The notes beneath the pieces were generated by a model that was not told where the DNA came from, did no database searches, and saw nothing but the letters and a program-made list of their open reading frames with translations. A program made the translations under genes and the position numbers. A DNA stretch of 64,000 nucleotides from a virus (taxonomy: Duplodnaviria > Caudoviricetes), in IMG/VR virus record IMGVR_UViG_3300042924_003217, positions 2,073-66,072 of that record. One strand, 5' to 3'. This document shows, piece after piece, positions 49,664 through 59,231 of this stretch (within the stretch, counting starts at the first letter, position 1; every line of letters starts with the position of its first letter).

Positions 49664-50257
49664 TTAGTCGATTGATTGTTTGAGCCAGCAGTTTTGTGGG
49701 ATCGCCTGAAGCTTTTCCTCGGTCTGCTTGAGAGCAGACAAAGGCAGGTGCACGGCTGTTCTGTTATCCCAGCCATTGATAGCGCAACCCAGCAATGACT
49801 CGTCAAGCACAATTTTCCGTAACTGCCTCAGGCGAATCAGTATTGTATCAGTTGCCTGCGTGCAACTGCCACATCCGTTGCGCCATGCTTTGTTGAAGGG
49901 GCAACTGTTGCAAATTTTGCAACGATTGGTCGCCACGTTCTGATCAACCAACGGATAGCCGCCAACGGGCGTATCGCGCATCGTCACAGCCGCCCATCCG
50001 TTGACTCGCTTTAGCATATCGCTGTTCTTTTGAATCAAAGCGCCCTCTGCTTCCGTTGTAACGCAGTAGCTTGGCCACTTGGAGCAAAAGTAATCGTCAA
50101 TGTCCTTGTCGGGGTCACCCATCGGGATGCCGTTCTGCGTGCGCCAGTTGACGATTTCCTTGACCAGCAGTTCGTAGGTGCTGGCCCGTAGGACAACTCC
50201 TTTATCGACCGGGAAGTGAAAGTTGTTTGGCGGGATGACGCCGCGATTGAGGTGCAT
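49664..50257 (-). CDS. Cys-rich hypothetical protein
   Basis: C..CP.N, CGSC, C and CW motifs. Confidence 0.75.
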   Translation of the reverse strand: MHLNRGVIPPNNFHFPVDKGVVLRASTYELLVKEIVNWRTQNGIPMGDPDKDIDDYFCSKWPSYCVTTEAEGALIQKNSDMLKRVNGWAAVTMRDTPVGGYPLVDQNVATNRCKICNSCPFNKAWRNGCGSCTQATDTILIRLRQLRKIVLDESLLGCAINGWDNRTAVHLPLSALKQTEEKLQAIPQNCWLKQSID

Positions 50258-50259
50258 CG

Positions 50260-52248
50260 TTAATCCTTATCAAGCGCCAGTTCCTTGGGCAACTTGGGGT
50301 TGAAGCCAAAGTCAACGGACTCACCCATCCGCAGCGCAAAGGCGTCCTTCATGGCGTATAGCGGCGGGTTTTCCACCAGTGCGACCGTATCGGGCGACTT
50401 GGGCTTGATTCCGCCAGCAATGCGGGCGCACTGCACCAGCATGGTGAAGGCATCCGCCCTGTCGGGGCTCTTGTTGCCGCGACTCTTGTAGGCGTCCTTG
50501 CTTTCCACCTGTAGCAACTTTCCGCGACCAGCCGGGGAGCCTCCTTGGCGCTCGATAAGCTCCTGAACGGTTTCCAGATCAACGCCATTGCCGATCTTCA
50601 GGTAGCCGTACTCGAAAAATCTGCCTGTAGCGAACCACAACTCTGACCGGATACCGTCATAAAGCTCCTTTGGCACCTTGGTGTCCTCTTCGCACACCGA
50701 GGTCTCGGTTGCGGTTTCCGCATAGTTGATGCCCATGATTCCGGCAGGCTCCGCACCGCCCCTAAGGTTCTGTGCACCCATGACCTTCTGCGACCATTGG
50801 CGGCGGATGTTGTCGTGAACGCCCTGACCGATACCCGTGCGGTCGATAGCGAAGAACTCCGGGGCGCAATCGAGGTCCTTGAGCCTGCTCATGGTCTCGT
50901 CTGCCAGTTCTTGCGTGTCCCCGCGCGGCAGGATGCCCACAGCATCGATTTGCAGGCGCGTTCCGGGCGTTTCTAGCTCATATCTCTCACCAGATGGGGT
51001 CTTCCATGCCACCGCGTGTCCAATGCGCCCTGTAGCCATTGCCGGGAGGTCTCCCGTGAAGGCAGGGTCAAGGCTGGCAACCGTCCGGGTAGGCCCGTCA
51101 AAGACCCATTCCCCGTGTGCGCGGTCCATCCAGTGCTTCTGAATGATGGCGGTCTTGCTGCCACGCGGCGGGAACATGCCGTAAACCTCCGTCCACATCA
51201 TTGGGTGGTCGGGATCGCCATTGTACTGGCGCAACTTCATCCGGTAGCCGTTCCACGTGAAGAACCGCTTGTACACGTCCTTCCTCTGGATGACGTTTTC
51301 CGACTTCATGGCATTCAGACGCACGCAATGCCAGCCAGTCGTGGAAGTCCACGTGTCCTCAGGCGCGTCAATCGACTGATACGCATCCCATCCTTTCTCT
51401 GGCGTGCAATTCTTGCCGTACTCCGAGTGCGGGTCCTTCGGATTAGCCGCCATCACGATCTTCGTGTGCTCCGTATCCCCCTCCTCCATTGAGGAGTAGA
51501 GGTTCGGGATCTCGTCAAAGGCGTTCGGCGGCACTTCCTGTGCCTCGTCAATCAGGAGCCGGGAGCGCGAGCTTGTCCCAAACAGCGGATGGACGGGGCG
51601 GGGTTTAATCTTAGCACCTTTGATGGCACCACGGGCTTCGTGCCCGCGTGCGATGGTGAGGATGAAGATGCCCATACCCCCTCGCTTGCCCGTTTCTGTA
51701 GCGATTGACTCTGCATCAGCCTTTCCGGGGAGCGGAATGACTGAATTGGTGTAGAGACGCTGCATGTCACCGAAGAGGTTCTTTTTGACGTGCTCTTCCT
51801 TGGTGGACATGACGCGGACGAGGGTCCAGTCGGGGTCGAGTACCCAGTCGAGAAGCATCCAAGCAGATGCCGAATATGTCTTACCCATCGACGCAGCACC
51901 CAGAATGTTAACAAGGTTGTGGTTGCGAATACCACCCCATACCATACGGACTGAACGAGGCTCATGAGTAAAAGTTTCGTCTCCCCAGAGTAGTGTTGCG
52001 GCAGATTCGTAGTCCCGACGCATCAGGAACATCTGCAAGTACAGCTTCGTGATCGCGTACAGGTCCTCTTCAGACTTTATCTCGACCCTTTTGTTCAGTT
52101 TCGCGAAAACTTCTGCGAACGCTGGGTCCTGAAGGATCAGATAGACGGCTTCCGTCAAATCTTGGAACCGATCTGAATTGTGTGGATCCTTTGCACGCTC
52201 TAAGATCCGGTTTACGTCCGACAAATGCCTTTTTTGGGCTTCCGTCAT
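50260..52248 (-). CDS. terL: Terminase large subunit
   Basis: Walker A GAASMGKT, Walker B LLIDEAQE, ANP; nuclease LDPA, IDRTGIG, SPDRADA. Confidence 0.92.
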   Translation of the reverse strand: MTEAQKRHLSDVNRILERAKDPHNSDRFQDLTEAVYLILQDPAFAEVFAKLNKRVEIKSEEDLYAITKLYLQMFLMRRDYESAATLLWGDETFTHEPRSVRMVWGGIRNHNLVNILGAASMGKTYSASAWMLLDWVLDPDWTLVRVMSTKEEHVKKNLFGDMQRLYTNSVIPLPGKADAESIATETGKRGGMGIFILTIARGHEARGAIKGAKIKPRPVHPLFGTSSRSRLLIDEAQEVPPNAFDEIPNLYSSMEEGDTEHTKIVMAANPKDPHSEYGKNCTPEKGWDAYQSIDAPEDTWTSTTGWHCVRLNAMKSENVIQRKDVYKRFFTWNGYRMKLRQYNGDPDHPMMWTEVYGMFPPRGSKTAIIQKHWMDRAHGEWVFDGPTRTVASLDPAFTGDLPAMATGRIGHAVAWKTPSGERYELETPGTRLQIDAVGILPRGDTQELADETMSRLKDLDCAPEFFAIDRTGIGQGVHDNIRRQWSQKVMGAQNLRGGAEPAGIMGINYAETATETSVCEEDTKVPKELYDGIRSELWFATGRFFEYGYLKIGNGVDLETVQELIERQGGSPAGRGKLLQVESKDAYKSRGNKSPDRADAFTMLVQCARIAGGIKPKSPDTVALVENPPLYAMKDAFALRMGESVDFGFNPKLPKELALDKD

Positions 52249-52481
52249 GCGCCGCCCTCTTCGGTTTTGGGCTTACGTCCGCGCCCACCTGCTTTCCATG
52301 CGTTGCAGCGGTTCTTTTCGCGTGTCCTGAGCGTTTCAGCAGCTTGGCAGTCGTCGCAGCGGTGCTTATACAGATTGCGAGGCTTGCCGCAGCGCACACA
52401 ACAGCCTTCAGCCAATCTTTTGGCCTGCCAAAGACGCTGACGAGACGGCTTTTTCTCTGAACCACCGGCTTCATTGCTCAT
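52245..52481 (-). CDS. Small zinc-binding protein
   Basis: CVRCG...RCDDC; ATGA overlap with terL. Confidence 0.7.
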   Translation of the reverse strand: MSNEAGGSEKKPSRQRLWQAKRLAEGCCVRCGKPRNLYKHRCDDCQAAETLRTREKNRCNAWKAGGRGRKPKTEEGGA

Positions 52482-53178
52482 TTGTTACAACAATCTCTTT
52501 TTTCGTGTGGCTGATACCCTGTACCAGCTTCTCGGAATTGCCGTTCTGGATATTCACCAACAACATGTTCAGTTTACTCAATTTGCTCATCTCATCGCCA
52601 GTACCCATGCCGCTTGCGATCTTGCCGTTGAGCACCAAACCAATTCCCTGAGCGCCTGAAGCCATCTTCATGAAGCCGTCCATCGCCTGATTCAGTAAAA
52701 ACACCTTGTCCTCGATCAATTTCGCTCGTTTCGGGTAACGTTTGACGACGCCGTTGCCGTCTTTCTCCAGTTCGTCTTCTGGAACCTGCGACGGCTCAAC
52801 CGGAAGGTCGCTAATCTTGTCGATTACCTGTAAATAGGCTTCAGTTGCCTTTTTGATCGCGTAGTCCGCAGCCTGAACGACTCGATCATCAACTGCCTTG
52901 GCTGTGTTGATCCGCTTTTCGTTCTGAACCGTGCTGATAATCGACTTCTGCTGAAGCCGCATCTGCTCCCACCCCTTGTTTTGCGCGTGACGCATCAGCG
53001 GGGCTGGCTGCATCTTCAATTCCCGCGCCACTTCCGTCAGGTTTAGCTGCCGGGGGTCGTTCATGAACAGATCGAAGGCTTTGAAGTAGAGATCCGACTT
53101 TTCCTCGGGACTCAGTGACTTCTGGGACACGATCGTATCCGGTATCTGGTCGGTGATCTGTTGGTTGACTTCCGGCAT
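52471..53178 (-). CDS. Putative terminase small subunit
   Basis: N-terminal HTH (LTEVARELKM...W), helical body, upstream of terL. Confidence 0.6.
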   Translation of the reverse strand: MPEVNQQITDQIPDTIVSQKSLSPEEKSDLYFKAFDLFMNDPRQLNLTEVARELKMQPAPLMRHAQNKGWEQMRLQQKSIISTVQNEKRINTAKAVDDRVVQAADYAIKKATEAYLQVIDKISDLPVEPSQVPEDELEKDGNGVVKRYPKRAKLIEDKVFLLNQAMDGFMKMASGAQGIGLVLNGKIASGMGTGDEMSKLSKLNMLLVNIQNGNSEKLVQGISHTKKEIVVTNEQ

Positions 53179-53971
53179 GGCGGCTTGCCGCACGATTCAG
53201 GTGCTTCTTTATCCAGTCAAGCACAATAATCTCCTCTTCCTTTGCTGCCTTTTCCCATGTTTGCCACATCACGCGAGTTACGCGAATGCCATAGGTCGTC
53301 CTTTCGCCGTACTCTAGGAACTTACCAAGCCGCTTTTGCCATTTCTTGAAATTGTGGCGTGCCGTTTTGTACGAAATCCTGTGCTTTTTCAGCGCATGGT
53401 AGATCGGCATGCCATTCGCGATGTCCTCGTAGGCAGGGAGTAGCTTGTAGCCGCGCTTCTTGAGCCATTTTTCGTACTTACTGTTCCACGGATTGGCTCG
53501 CCACTTGGCGGCTTTCACTTTTCGCGCTGCCGTAGCCTTCCTCGCAATGGCTTTTTGACTACGAGAAACGTGTTTTCTGCGAAATTCACGGGCATCGTTC
53601 ACGCCCATGCGCTTCAGGGCGTTGAAAATCGCCGTAGAACCGCATCCCGCGATCTTCGCGATCTCCCGCATGCTCAATTTTTCGTGATAAAACAGATGAA
53701 CAACGTCAAAACCGTCGAGTTCGGTGGTCCCAATCGTCCTGTACTCGGCTTTTTCGTCCTTGCGGGTCAGCTTCAGGTGGTTTCGCCACCTCACGGCCTT
53801 CTGTACGGTCAACGGAGTGCCCCTGACGGCTTGCAGGGGCGTCATACCAGCCATCAGGCGACTGGTTACGGTGGCGCGATACAGTTCATCAATGGGCTGC
53901 TCGTAGTACGTGATGCTGAAATCATAGTTCTTCAGCAATGGCCCCGGCGGGAGCGTGTCGATACCCTTCAT
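52889..53971 (-). CDS. Multi-HTH DNA-binding protein
   Basis: LSMREIAKIAGCGSTAIFNALKRMGV HTH; very basic; C-terminal tail overlaps the next gene. Confidence 0.7.
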   Translation of the reverse strand: MKGIDTLPPGPLLKNYDFSITYYEQPIDELYRATVTSRLMAGMTPLQAVRGTPLTVQKAVRWRNHLKLTRKDEKAEYRTIGTTELDGFDVVHLFYHEKLSMREIAKIAGCGSTAIFNALKRMGVNDAREFRRKHVSRSQKAIARKATAARKVKAAKWRANPWNSKYEKWLKKRGYKLLPAYEDIANGMPIYHALKKHRISYKTARHNFKKWQKRLGKFLEYGERTTYGIRVTRVMWQTWEKAAKEEEIIVLDWIKKHLNRAASRHAGSQPTDHRPDTGYDRVPEVTESRGKVGSLLQSLRSVHERPPAAKPDGSGAGIEDAASPADASRAKQGVGADAASAEVDYQHGSERKADQHSQGS

Positions 53972-54039
53972 CGCAGCTCAGCTTCCGCGCAATTTTGCTC
54001 TGGTCAAGCACACAAATATGTGCAGTAGTGCCATCACGC

Positions 54040-54549
54040 ATGGTCTACGTTGGTCACTTGTTTCGCTGGCAACCGGAGAACGCCAAACTCCTGTACGTTG
54101 CTCGCAAGTACGACTACTTTTGGTGCCGCATGTGGTCGGACACCTCGTTTGACGAGATGGCCAGAATGTATCATGCCATGCGCGGGACCAAGACATGGCT
54201 CTGGTGTCGCGACCACAACAGCGTTCCGTACTACCTGTTGCACCCGCACTTGCGCCAGAAAGCGATCAGGCTTGGTGCCAAGATCAAGGACTGGGACAAC
54301 CCACAACTTCCACCCGCAACCAAACCCGTTTACTTGAAGCCCAAATACCTTGAAAAGGAAAAGCAGACTCAAGCCTATCAGCAAGAAACGGAAAGAGGAA
54401 CTGGCCCGTTACTATTTACTGAGGAAGACCTACTTAAGCTCGCATCCATACTGCGAGATACCAAGCCGGATGCCCACTTTGACGACGACATGTTCGCGCC
54501 GCTCAACACAGATCCATCACGTGAAGCGCCGGGGCAAGCACCTCAATGA
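54040..54549 (+). CDS. DUF4031-like protein
   Basis: MVYV...WC.MWSD...E......W......PYY.L....R..AI..GA. Confidence 0.6.
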   Translation: MVYVGHLFRWQPENAKLLYVARKYDYFWCRMWSDTSFDEMARMYHAMRGTKTWLWCRDHNSVPYYLLHPHLRQKAIRLGAKIKDWDNPQLPPATKPVYLKPKYLEKEKQTQAYQQETERGTGPLLFTEEDLLKLASILRDTKPDAHFDDDMFAPLNTDPSREAPGQAPQ

Positions 54550-54670
54550 CGTAGCGACATGGCTTGCCTGCTGCCATAACTGCCACCGCTATGTCGAAAC
54601 CCATGCCAATCTCGCCCGACTTGCCGGGGTCATCGAAGATGATCGATCCCACCAGAATCTTCCGAATTGA
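54350..54670 (+). CDS. HNH endonuclease
   Basis: CE...C...STQIHH...RG...W...C.NCH. Confidence 0.8.
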   Translation: MKRKSRLKPISKKRKEELARYYLLRKTYLSSHPYCEIPSRMPTLTTTCSRRSTQIHHVKRRGKHLNDVATWLACCHNCHRYVETHANLARLAGVIEDDRSHQNLPN

Positions 54671-54833
54671 GCGCCAGCTTGGGGAGCAGTGGCAAATCAT
54701 CGAGCTTGTCCATGATGTCGGCCACGGCATGACCCGCCTTGCCCATTGGGCTAACGCAGTACCGATGGAGCGCCATCGCCTCACCAGCTACGTCATTCTT
54801 CACGACACACATGACCCCCGATACAACGCCTGA
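54639..54833 (+). CDS. Hypothetical protein
   Basis: Overlapping ORF chain. Confidence 0.5.
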   Translation: MIDPTRIFRIERQLGEQWQIIELVHDVGHGMTRLAHWANAVPMERHRLTSYVILHDTHDPRYNA

Positions 54834-55077
54834 CGACATTCTTGGCGTCAGCATCCTGCTCCGCAGCAACAGCGTTGAGTTCCACATCCGCAAATCGGAA
54901 TTGGCGATGCTTGAGGAGACCCTCACCACCATCAGCCTCATTCCCGCTGGATCACCCAAGAAAGTACAGATCCAGACCAACATGGGTCTGGTGAACTTCT
55001 TCTCCTCGCACCTGACCGGATGGGTCATCTATGACGACCCTGCTCAAGTTCACGGCTGGATGCCTGATGAGATGTAA
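54811..55077 (+). CDS. Hypothetical protein
   Basis: Overlapping ORF chain. Confidence 0.55.
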   Translation: MTPDTTPDDILGVSILLRSNSVEFHIRKSELAMLEETLTTISLIPAGSPKKVQIQTNMGLVNFFSSHLTGWVIYDDPAQVHGWMPDEM

Positions 55078-55083
55078 CGGTTT

Positions 55084-56058
55084 ATGAACATACTAGTCAC
55101 TGGCGGCGCTGGGTACATTGGCAGTCATTGCGTGCGGCAACTTGTGGCGGCTGGCCACAGGCCCGTCGCACTCGACTCGTTTGAGTTCGGTCACCGCTAC
55201 GCGGTGCCCACCGATGTACATTCGTACAACTGCAACATCAGCGATACCTCACTGGTGCGCTTTGTCCTCAAGACCGAGGAGATCGATGCGGTCATGCACT
55301 TCGCGGCCTACACCTACGTGGGCGAATCAGTGAAGAGCCCGCTCCGCTTCTACCTCAACAACGTGGTCGGCACCCTGCACCTGCTGGAGGCAATGCGTGA
55401 CGCCGGGGTCAACCGCATGATCTTCTCCAGCACCTGTGCCACCTACGGCATACCGGATGTCGTCCCGATCACTGAGGACGCCCCACAGGCCCCCATCAGT
55501 CCCTACGGGCAGACCAAGCTCGACATCGAGAACGCCCTCTGGGCGCTCAACGCTGCCAGCGACTTCCGCTTCATCTGCTTTCGGTACTTCAACGCTGCCG
55601 GTGCATCAGCCGATGCCACCACCGGTGAGGACCACACACCAGAGACCCACCTGATCCCACTCGCCATCAATGCCGTGCTCGGTCGCGGCGAACCCCTCCG
55701 CATCTACGGCAACGACTACCCCACGCCCGATGGCACCTGCCTGCGCGACTACGTCCACGTCGATGACATCTGCCGCGCCCACATTGCCGCACTCCCCATG
55801 CTCAATCACCCCAGCATGGCACGCGACTACAACCTCGGCACCGGTAACCCCACGTCAGTCCTCCAAGTCCTCAACGCCATCAGCACCTGCGCGGGCAAGC
55901 CCGTCCCCCACACCATCGCCCCACGCCGCCCCGGCGACCCCCACACCCTCTGCGCTAACGCCACCCGTGCCCAACAGGAACTCAACTGGTTCCCCCACTA
56001 CACCCACATCCAGCCCATCGTGGAGACCGCATGGCGCTGGCACACACGTACCCAGTGA
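55084..56058 (+). CDS. galE: UDP-glucose 4-epimerase
   Basis: TGGAGYIGSH, HFAA..VGES, FSSTCATYG, Y...K, RYFNAAGA, DGTC.RDYVHV.D. Confidence 0.96.
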   Translation: MNILVTGGAGYIGSHCVRQLVAAGHRPVALDSFEFGHRYAVPTDVHSYNCNISDTSLVRFVLKTEEIDAVMHFAAYTYVGESVKSPLRFYLNNVVGTLHLLEAMRDAGVNRMIFSSTCATYGIPDVVPITEDAPQAPISPYGQTKLDIENALWALNAASDFRFICFRYFNAAGASADATTGEDHTPETHLIPLAINAVLGRGEPLRIYGNDYPTPDGTCLRDYVHVDDICRAHIAALPMLNHPSMARDYNLGTGNPTSVLQVLNAISTCAGKPVPHTIAPRRPGDPHTLCANATRAQQELNWFPHYTHIQPIVETAWRWHTRTQ

Positions 56059-56175
56059 CCACCCAGTTGTTGCAGATCATGCAACACGTGGCCCCGTCAT
56101 GCACACATATACCCATGCCCATGCACCCATGCCCATGTAGTGCCTAATAATATGGGACATGCACGCCTCTCTGGT

Positions 56176-56239
56176 GGGGGAGGTGGGGGTGGGGTGGGGT
56201 GGGGAGGGGCCGGGGGGTAGGGGGTGGGCGGGGGGTGGG
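56176..56239 (+). repeat. G-run cluster (11 runs of 3-6 G; G-quadruplex potential)
   Basis: GGGGT-like runs directly visible. Confidence 0.85.
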
Positions 56240-56436
56240 TGCATAGGTCAATGCACGGGACCGGACGGGGTGCAGCGCAGCGTAGCGTGCCGCTCCCGCT
56301 GGCGTGGTGGTGGTGACCGGGAGGAAGCGGGTGGCATTGGATTGGATTGGATTTGATTGGCATGGCGATCCGATCCGACCGCTAGGCTGGCCTAGGCTGG
56401 CACCCGTTCGCCCCGTAAAGGCGACGCAAGGGCATG

Positions 56437-56468
56437 AAAAAGCCCCCACCCGGTGAAGGATGGGGGCT
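56437..56468 (-). terminator. Rho-independent terminator
   Basis: AGCCCCCA...TGGGGGCT stem with T-run on the minus strand. Confidence 0.8.
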
Positions 56469-56487
56469 GAACGAACGAACAGCTAAC

Positions 56488-56580
56488 TTAGCGCACGGCC
56501 ACGGTGATCAGGGCAACGATCAGGCCAATGGCCATGACCGCGAGCCAGACCACGGTGACCGCAAAGTCGGTGCGTCTCAT
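56488..56580 (-). CDS. 30-aa single-TM peptide (absent from the ORF track)
   Basis: MRRTDFAVTVVWLAVMAIGLIVALITVAVR; ATGA overlap with upstream ORF; ends just before terminator. Confidence 0.6.
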   Translation of the reverse strand: MRRTDFAVTVVWLAVMAIGLIVALITVAVR

Positions 56581-56804
56581 GATTGAGTCTCAGCGGGAAA
56601 GGTTACGGGGAGGTTCAGCAGGGCATCAGCCTCAGCATTGAGGCGGGCGACATGCTCATTCCAATTGTCGGCAGCGCGGGCCATGCGGGTGAGTTCGTCC
56701 AGCAGGTCGCGCTCGACCTCGTGGGGGAGGTCCGGGCTCTGGAGTGCGGCCACGATGATGGGCAGGATGCCGCGCCACGTGGGGGTGATGTCGATGGTGT
56801 TCAT
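56577..56804 (-). CDS. Hypothetical protein
   Basis: TIDITPTW.GILP...E...MA..AD. Confidence 0.7.
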   Translation of the reverse strand: MNTIDITPTWRGILPIIVAALQSPDLPHEVERDLLDELTRMARAADNWNEHVARLNAEADALLNLPVTFPAETQS

Positions 56805-56864
56805 GATATGGGAGGGAGTTGCCCCGCCTGCGGGTTAGGCAAGCGGGGCGGTTGAGGCTAGGCG

Positions 56865-57824
56865 TTAAACGGCCAGCAGATCAAACGCGCGGGCCTTCAG
56901 ATCGTCACCGGAGCCGAGCAGGACCGACTCGAAACGCGCCTCCTGACGGGAGCGGCCACCCGAGACCCGGATCGTGCGGGCGTGATCAACGTACTCAGTT
57001 ACGGCGTTGAAGGCGTCCCAACGAGTGCGTCCGTCAATCTGCGTCCCGGTGCGGAGAAACAAGGAGGACAAGTCATTGTAAGCGGTGCGCGACTTGGCGC
57101 TATTGTCGTCGTCCGTTGCGGCGGGGTTGTAGCCGATCAGGTCCGCGAAGACCTTGTGCGCGTCCCCGTGGCTGATCCGCGTTGCGGCCATCGTGGCCAG
57201 CTTGCGGCGCTCCTCCTGCTCCTGCTCCTCGACCTTCAGGAGGAGGTTGATCGCCTGCGCTGCACCCTGCTCGACGTTGACGGTGTGGCGAACCCCAAAG
57301 ACGCGATTGCGACCCTTGCCGATAGCAGCATTCCACGTGTTCGCGCAGACCACGCGCACGTTAGTCCGGTGCAGTTCAAAACACCCGGAGCCGTCGTGAC
57401 GGTTGACCCAAAGGTCATAGGCCCGGATGTCATCCTGCCCGATGCGGTAGGCCTCGCGCCTGACAAGGACCCAGAGCCGCTTGCCGTCGCGAAGGGTCCC
57501 GGCGGTCTCGACCACAGCGCGGCCACCGTAAACCGCCTCCAGCATCTCAAACACCTTCTGATCTTTGAGGACGCCATAATCCGCTCCGACAATGGAGAGC
57601 GGGACCACAGCGCCCTTACTGGTGACGCCTGTCAGCGCCTTATAGCCGGGGAAAAGCTGACCCTGAATCTCCACGGGGGAAGAGAGAACGTCGCGCAGGC
57701 CGACGCCCTCCACGAACACCCGCAGGGGGGACATAAGACCCGCAAAGACGGTCCCCAGACCGTGCCAAGCGGGAACGTTGCGACCAAATACCGTTACGTC
57801 GTGCTGTCCGATTTCATGTGCCAT
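56865..57824 (-). CDS. DUF932 domain protein
   Basis: MAHE, PAWHGLGTV, ETAG.L..GK..W, N.HDGS, RVVCANT, .RHT, W.AFNAVTEY.DH; AGGAG SD. Confidence 0.92.
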   Translation of the reverse strand: MAHEIGQHDVTVFGRNVPAWHGLGTVFAGLMSPLRVFVEGVGLRDVLSSPVEIQGQLFPGYKALTGVTSKGAVVPLSIVGADYGVLKDQKVFEMLEAVYGGRAVVETAGTLRDGKRLWVLVRREAYRIGQDDIRAYDLWVNRHDGSGCFELHRTNVRVVCANTWNAAIGKGRNRVFGVRHTVNVEQGAAQAINLLLKVEEQEQEERRKLATMAATRISHGDAHKVFADLIGYNPAATDDDNSAKSRTAYNDLSSLFLRTGTQIDGRTRWDAFNAVTEYVDHARTIRVSGGRSRQEARFESVLLGSGDDLKARAFDLLAV

Positions 57825-58060
57825 GACTGAGCTAGCTCCTATGTTGTGTTGTTGTTGCCGAAGCGGAATGCCCCGGACTGACTGGAGGAGACCATAAGCG
57901 GGCGGCGTTGTCAGCAATAAACGGGACGGCTTGTGGTGCTAGTAGGGCAGCTAATGACCCCGGCTCTGGTGTATCAGGGTAGCTTATGGCCACGCGGGTG
58001 CGGGTGGCGGGGTGGTGCGGTGCCGGGAGGTGGGCGGCACGTTGCTCGGCACGACAAAGG

Positions 58061-58141
58061 GATTGCCCAATCGGATTGTTCAATCGGGTTGGCTTATGCC
58101 CGACCGTCACGCCATGCGTGAGCCAATGGGATTGCGCAATC
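58061..58141. promoter_or_regulatory. Three palindromic GATTGnnCAATC sites
   Basis: At 58061-58072, 58074-58085 and 58130-58141. Confidence 0.7.
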
Positions 58142-58191
58142 GGATTGGATTCGCGCAAGCCGGATTCGCGAATTGGCGATTTCGCCAAAGC

Positions 58192-58223
58192 AAAAGCCCC
58201 CACGGCATGGCGACCGTGAGGGC
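58192..58223 (-). terminator. Rho-independent terminator
   Basis: GCCCTCACGG/CCGTGGGGGC followed by TTTT on the minus strand. Confidence 0.75.
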
Positions 58224-58240
58224 AGGAGCTAGCAAAGGGG

Positions 58241-58945
58241 TTATGCGGTAGCAGCAGCGGTTGCGCGGGAGCTACGGGAGCCGTGGGGGGCGATCCAGAC
58301 ACTAAGGGGGCGACCCGTTAGACCGTTGCAGGCAAGCTTGCAGTTCGCGCATTGCACGCGCCCATGCGTGGAGGTGGCGAGGCATTCGACCGTGTCGGCA
58401 GGCTGATCGGGCGACACGTGAAACGTCCGGTAGCCGAGGGAGGAGGCGAGACGGTAGCTGCTCTCGGTCTCGGTGGACGCCATAAAGTAAGCCGAGTATT
58501 GCTTCGCAAGGGGGTTGGCCTGCCAGTCGTGGAAGTAACCAGTCCAGCCAGCCGAGACGCTAGCGATAGCCTTGACGATGGACAAGGGGAGGAGTGTCGG
58601 GTTGCCGTATGCCCCAAACCGGATCTTGCGCCCGCCAAAGACGGCTGCGTAGTCCTTCGGCTCAAGCTGGGGGTAGATACCGCGCTTGTACCCGTTGTAA
58701 ATAGCCGAGGGGGCCTGACCTACGTTGACGTAGCAGCCATTACCGGAGGCAAAGGGGCAACCGGAGCAAATAGTGCGCGCGTCCAGTCCCTGCTTAACGG
58801 CAAGGACGGGGTGGAGTCCGGTCAGGATAAACCAAACCTGCACCATGTCCCCGGTCTTCCGGTTGGCGGTCTTGAGGGTGGCGATAGCGGCAAACTCATG
58901 ACCGCTCACCGTGCCCGTATGGAGGAGATAGCCCGTTGTTTTCAT
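58241..58945 (-). CDS. Conserved Cys-rich phage protein (possibly GP88-like)
   Basis: N.KTG, C..CP...CY, RFG.YG.P, TGY.H.W, MAS, C..C..C. Confidence 0.75.
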   Translation of the reverse strand: MKTTGYLLHTGTVSGHEFAAIATLKTANRKTGDMVQVWFILTGLHPVLAVKQGLDARTICSGCPFASGNGCYVNVGQAPSAIYNGYKRGIYPQLEPKDYAAVFGGRKIRFGAYGNPTLLPLSIVKAIASVSAGWTGYFHDWQANPLAKQYSAYFMASTETESSYRLASSLGYRTFHVSPDQPADTVECLATSTHGRVQCANCKLACNGLTGRPLSVWIAPHGSRSSRATAAATA

Positions 58946-59133
58946 CGTCCACACCCTAGCTGATGCCTCGCGTGCGGGCGAGCCGTAACGGTCTCGCGTG
59001 CGTTGTCAGTAGCTCTGCTAATGACCGATATGGCTGACCCTAATGGCTACTGGGTCCGCTATGGCTGACGGCACCGGTGGCGGTGGGTGGCGGCACCGGT
59101 GGCTGACCGGCCAACCTCGGCTAGTAGCTGGGG

Positions 59134-59205
59134 GATTGCTCAATCGGATTCGGCATTAGCGTGTCTACTGACCAGCGATTGCTCAATCTATTGGATTGCC
59201 CAATC
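59134..59205. promoter_or_regulatory. Three palindromic GATTGnnCAATC sites
   Basis: At 59134-59145, 59177-59188 and 59194-59205. Confidence 0.7.
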
Positions 59206-59231
59206 GGATTGGTGAATTCGTATTCGTCCAT

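Noticed and set aside
56097-56449. Pro-rich or Gly-rich ORFs over the G-run region
   Set aside because: Low-complexity translations of non-coding repeats beyond a terminator.
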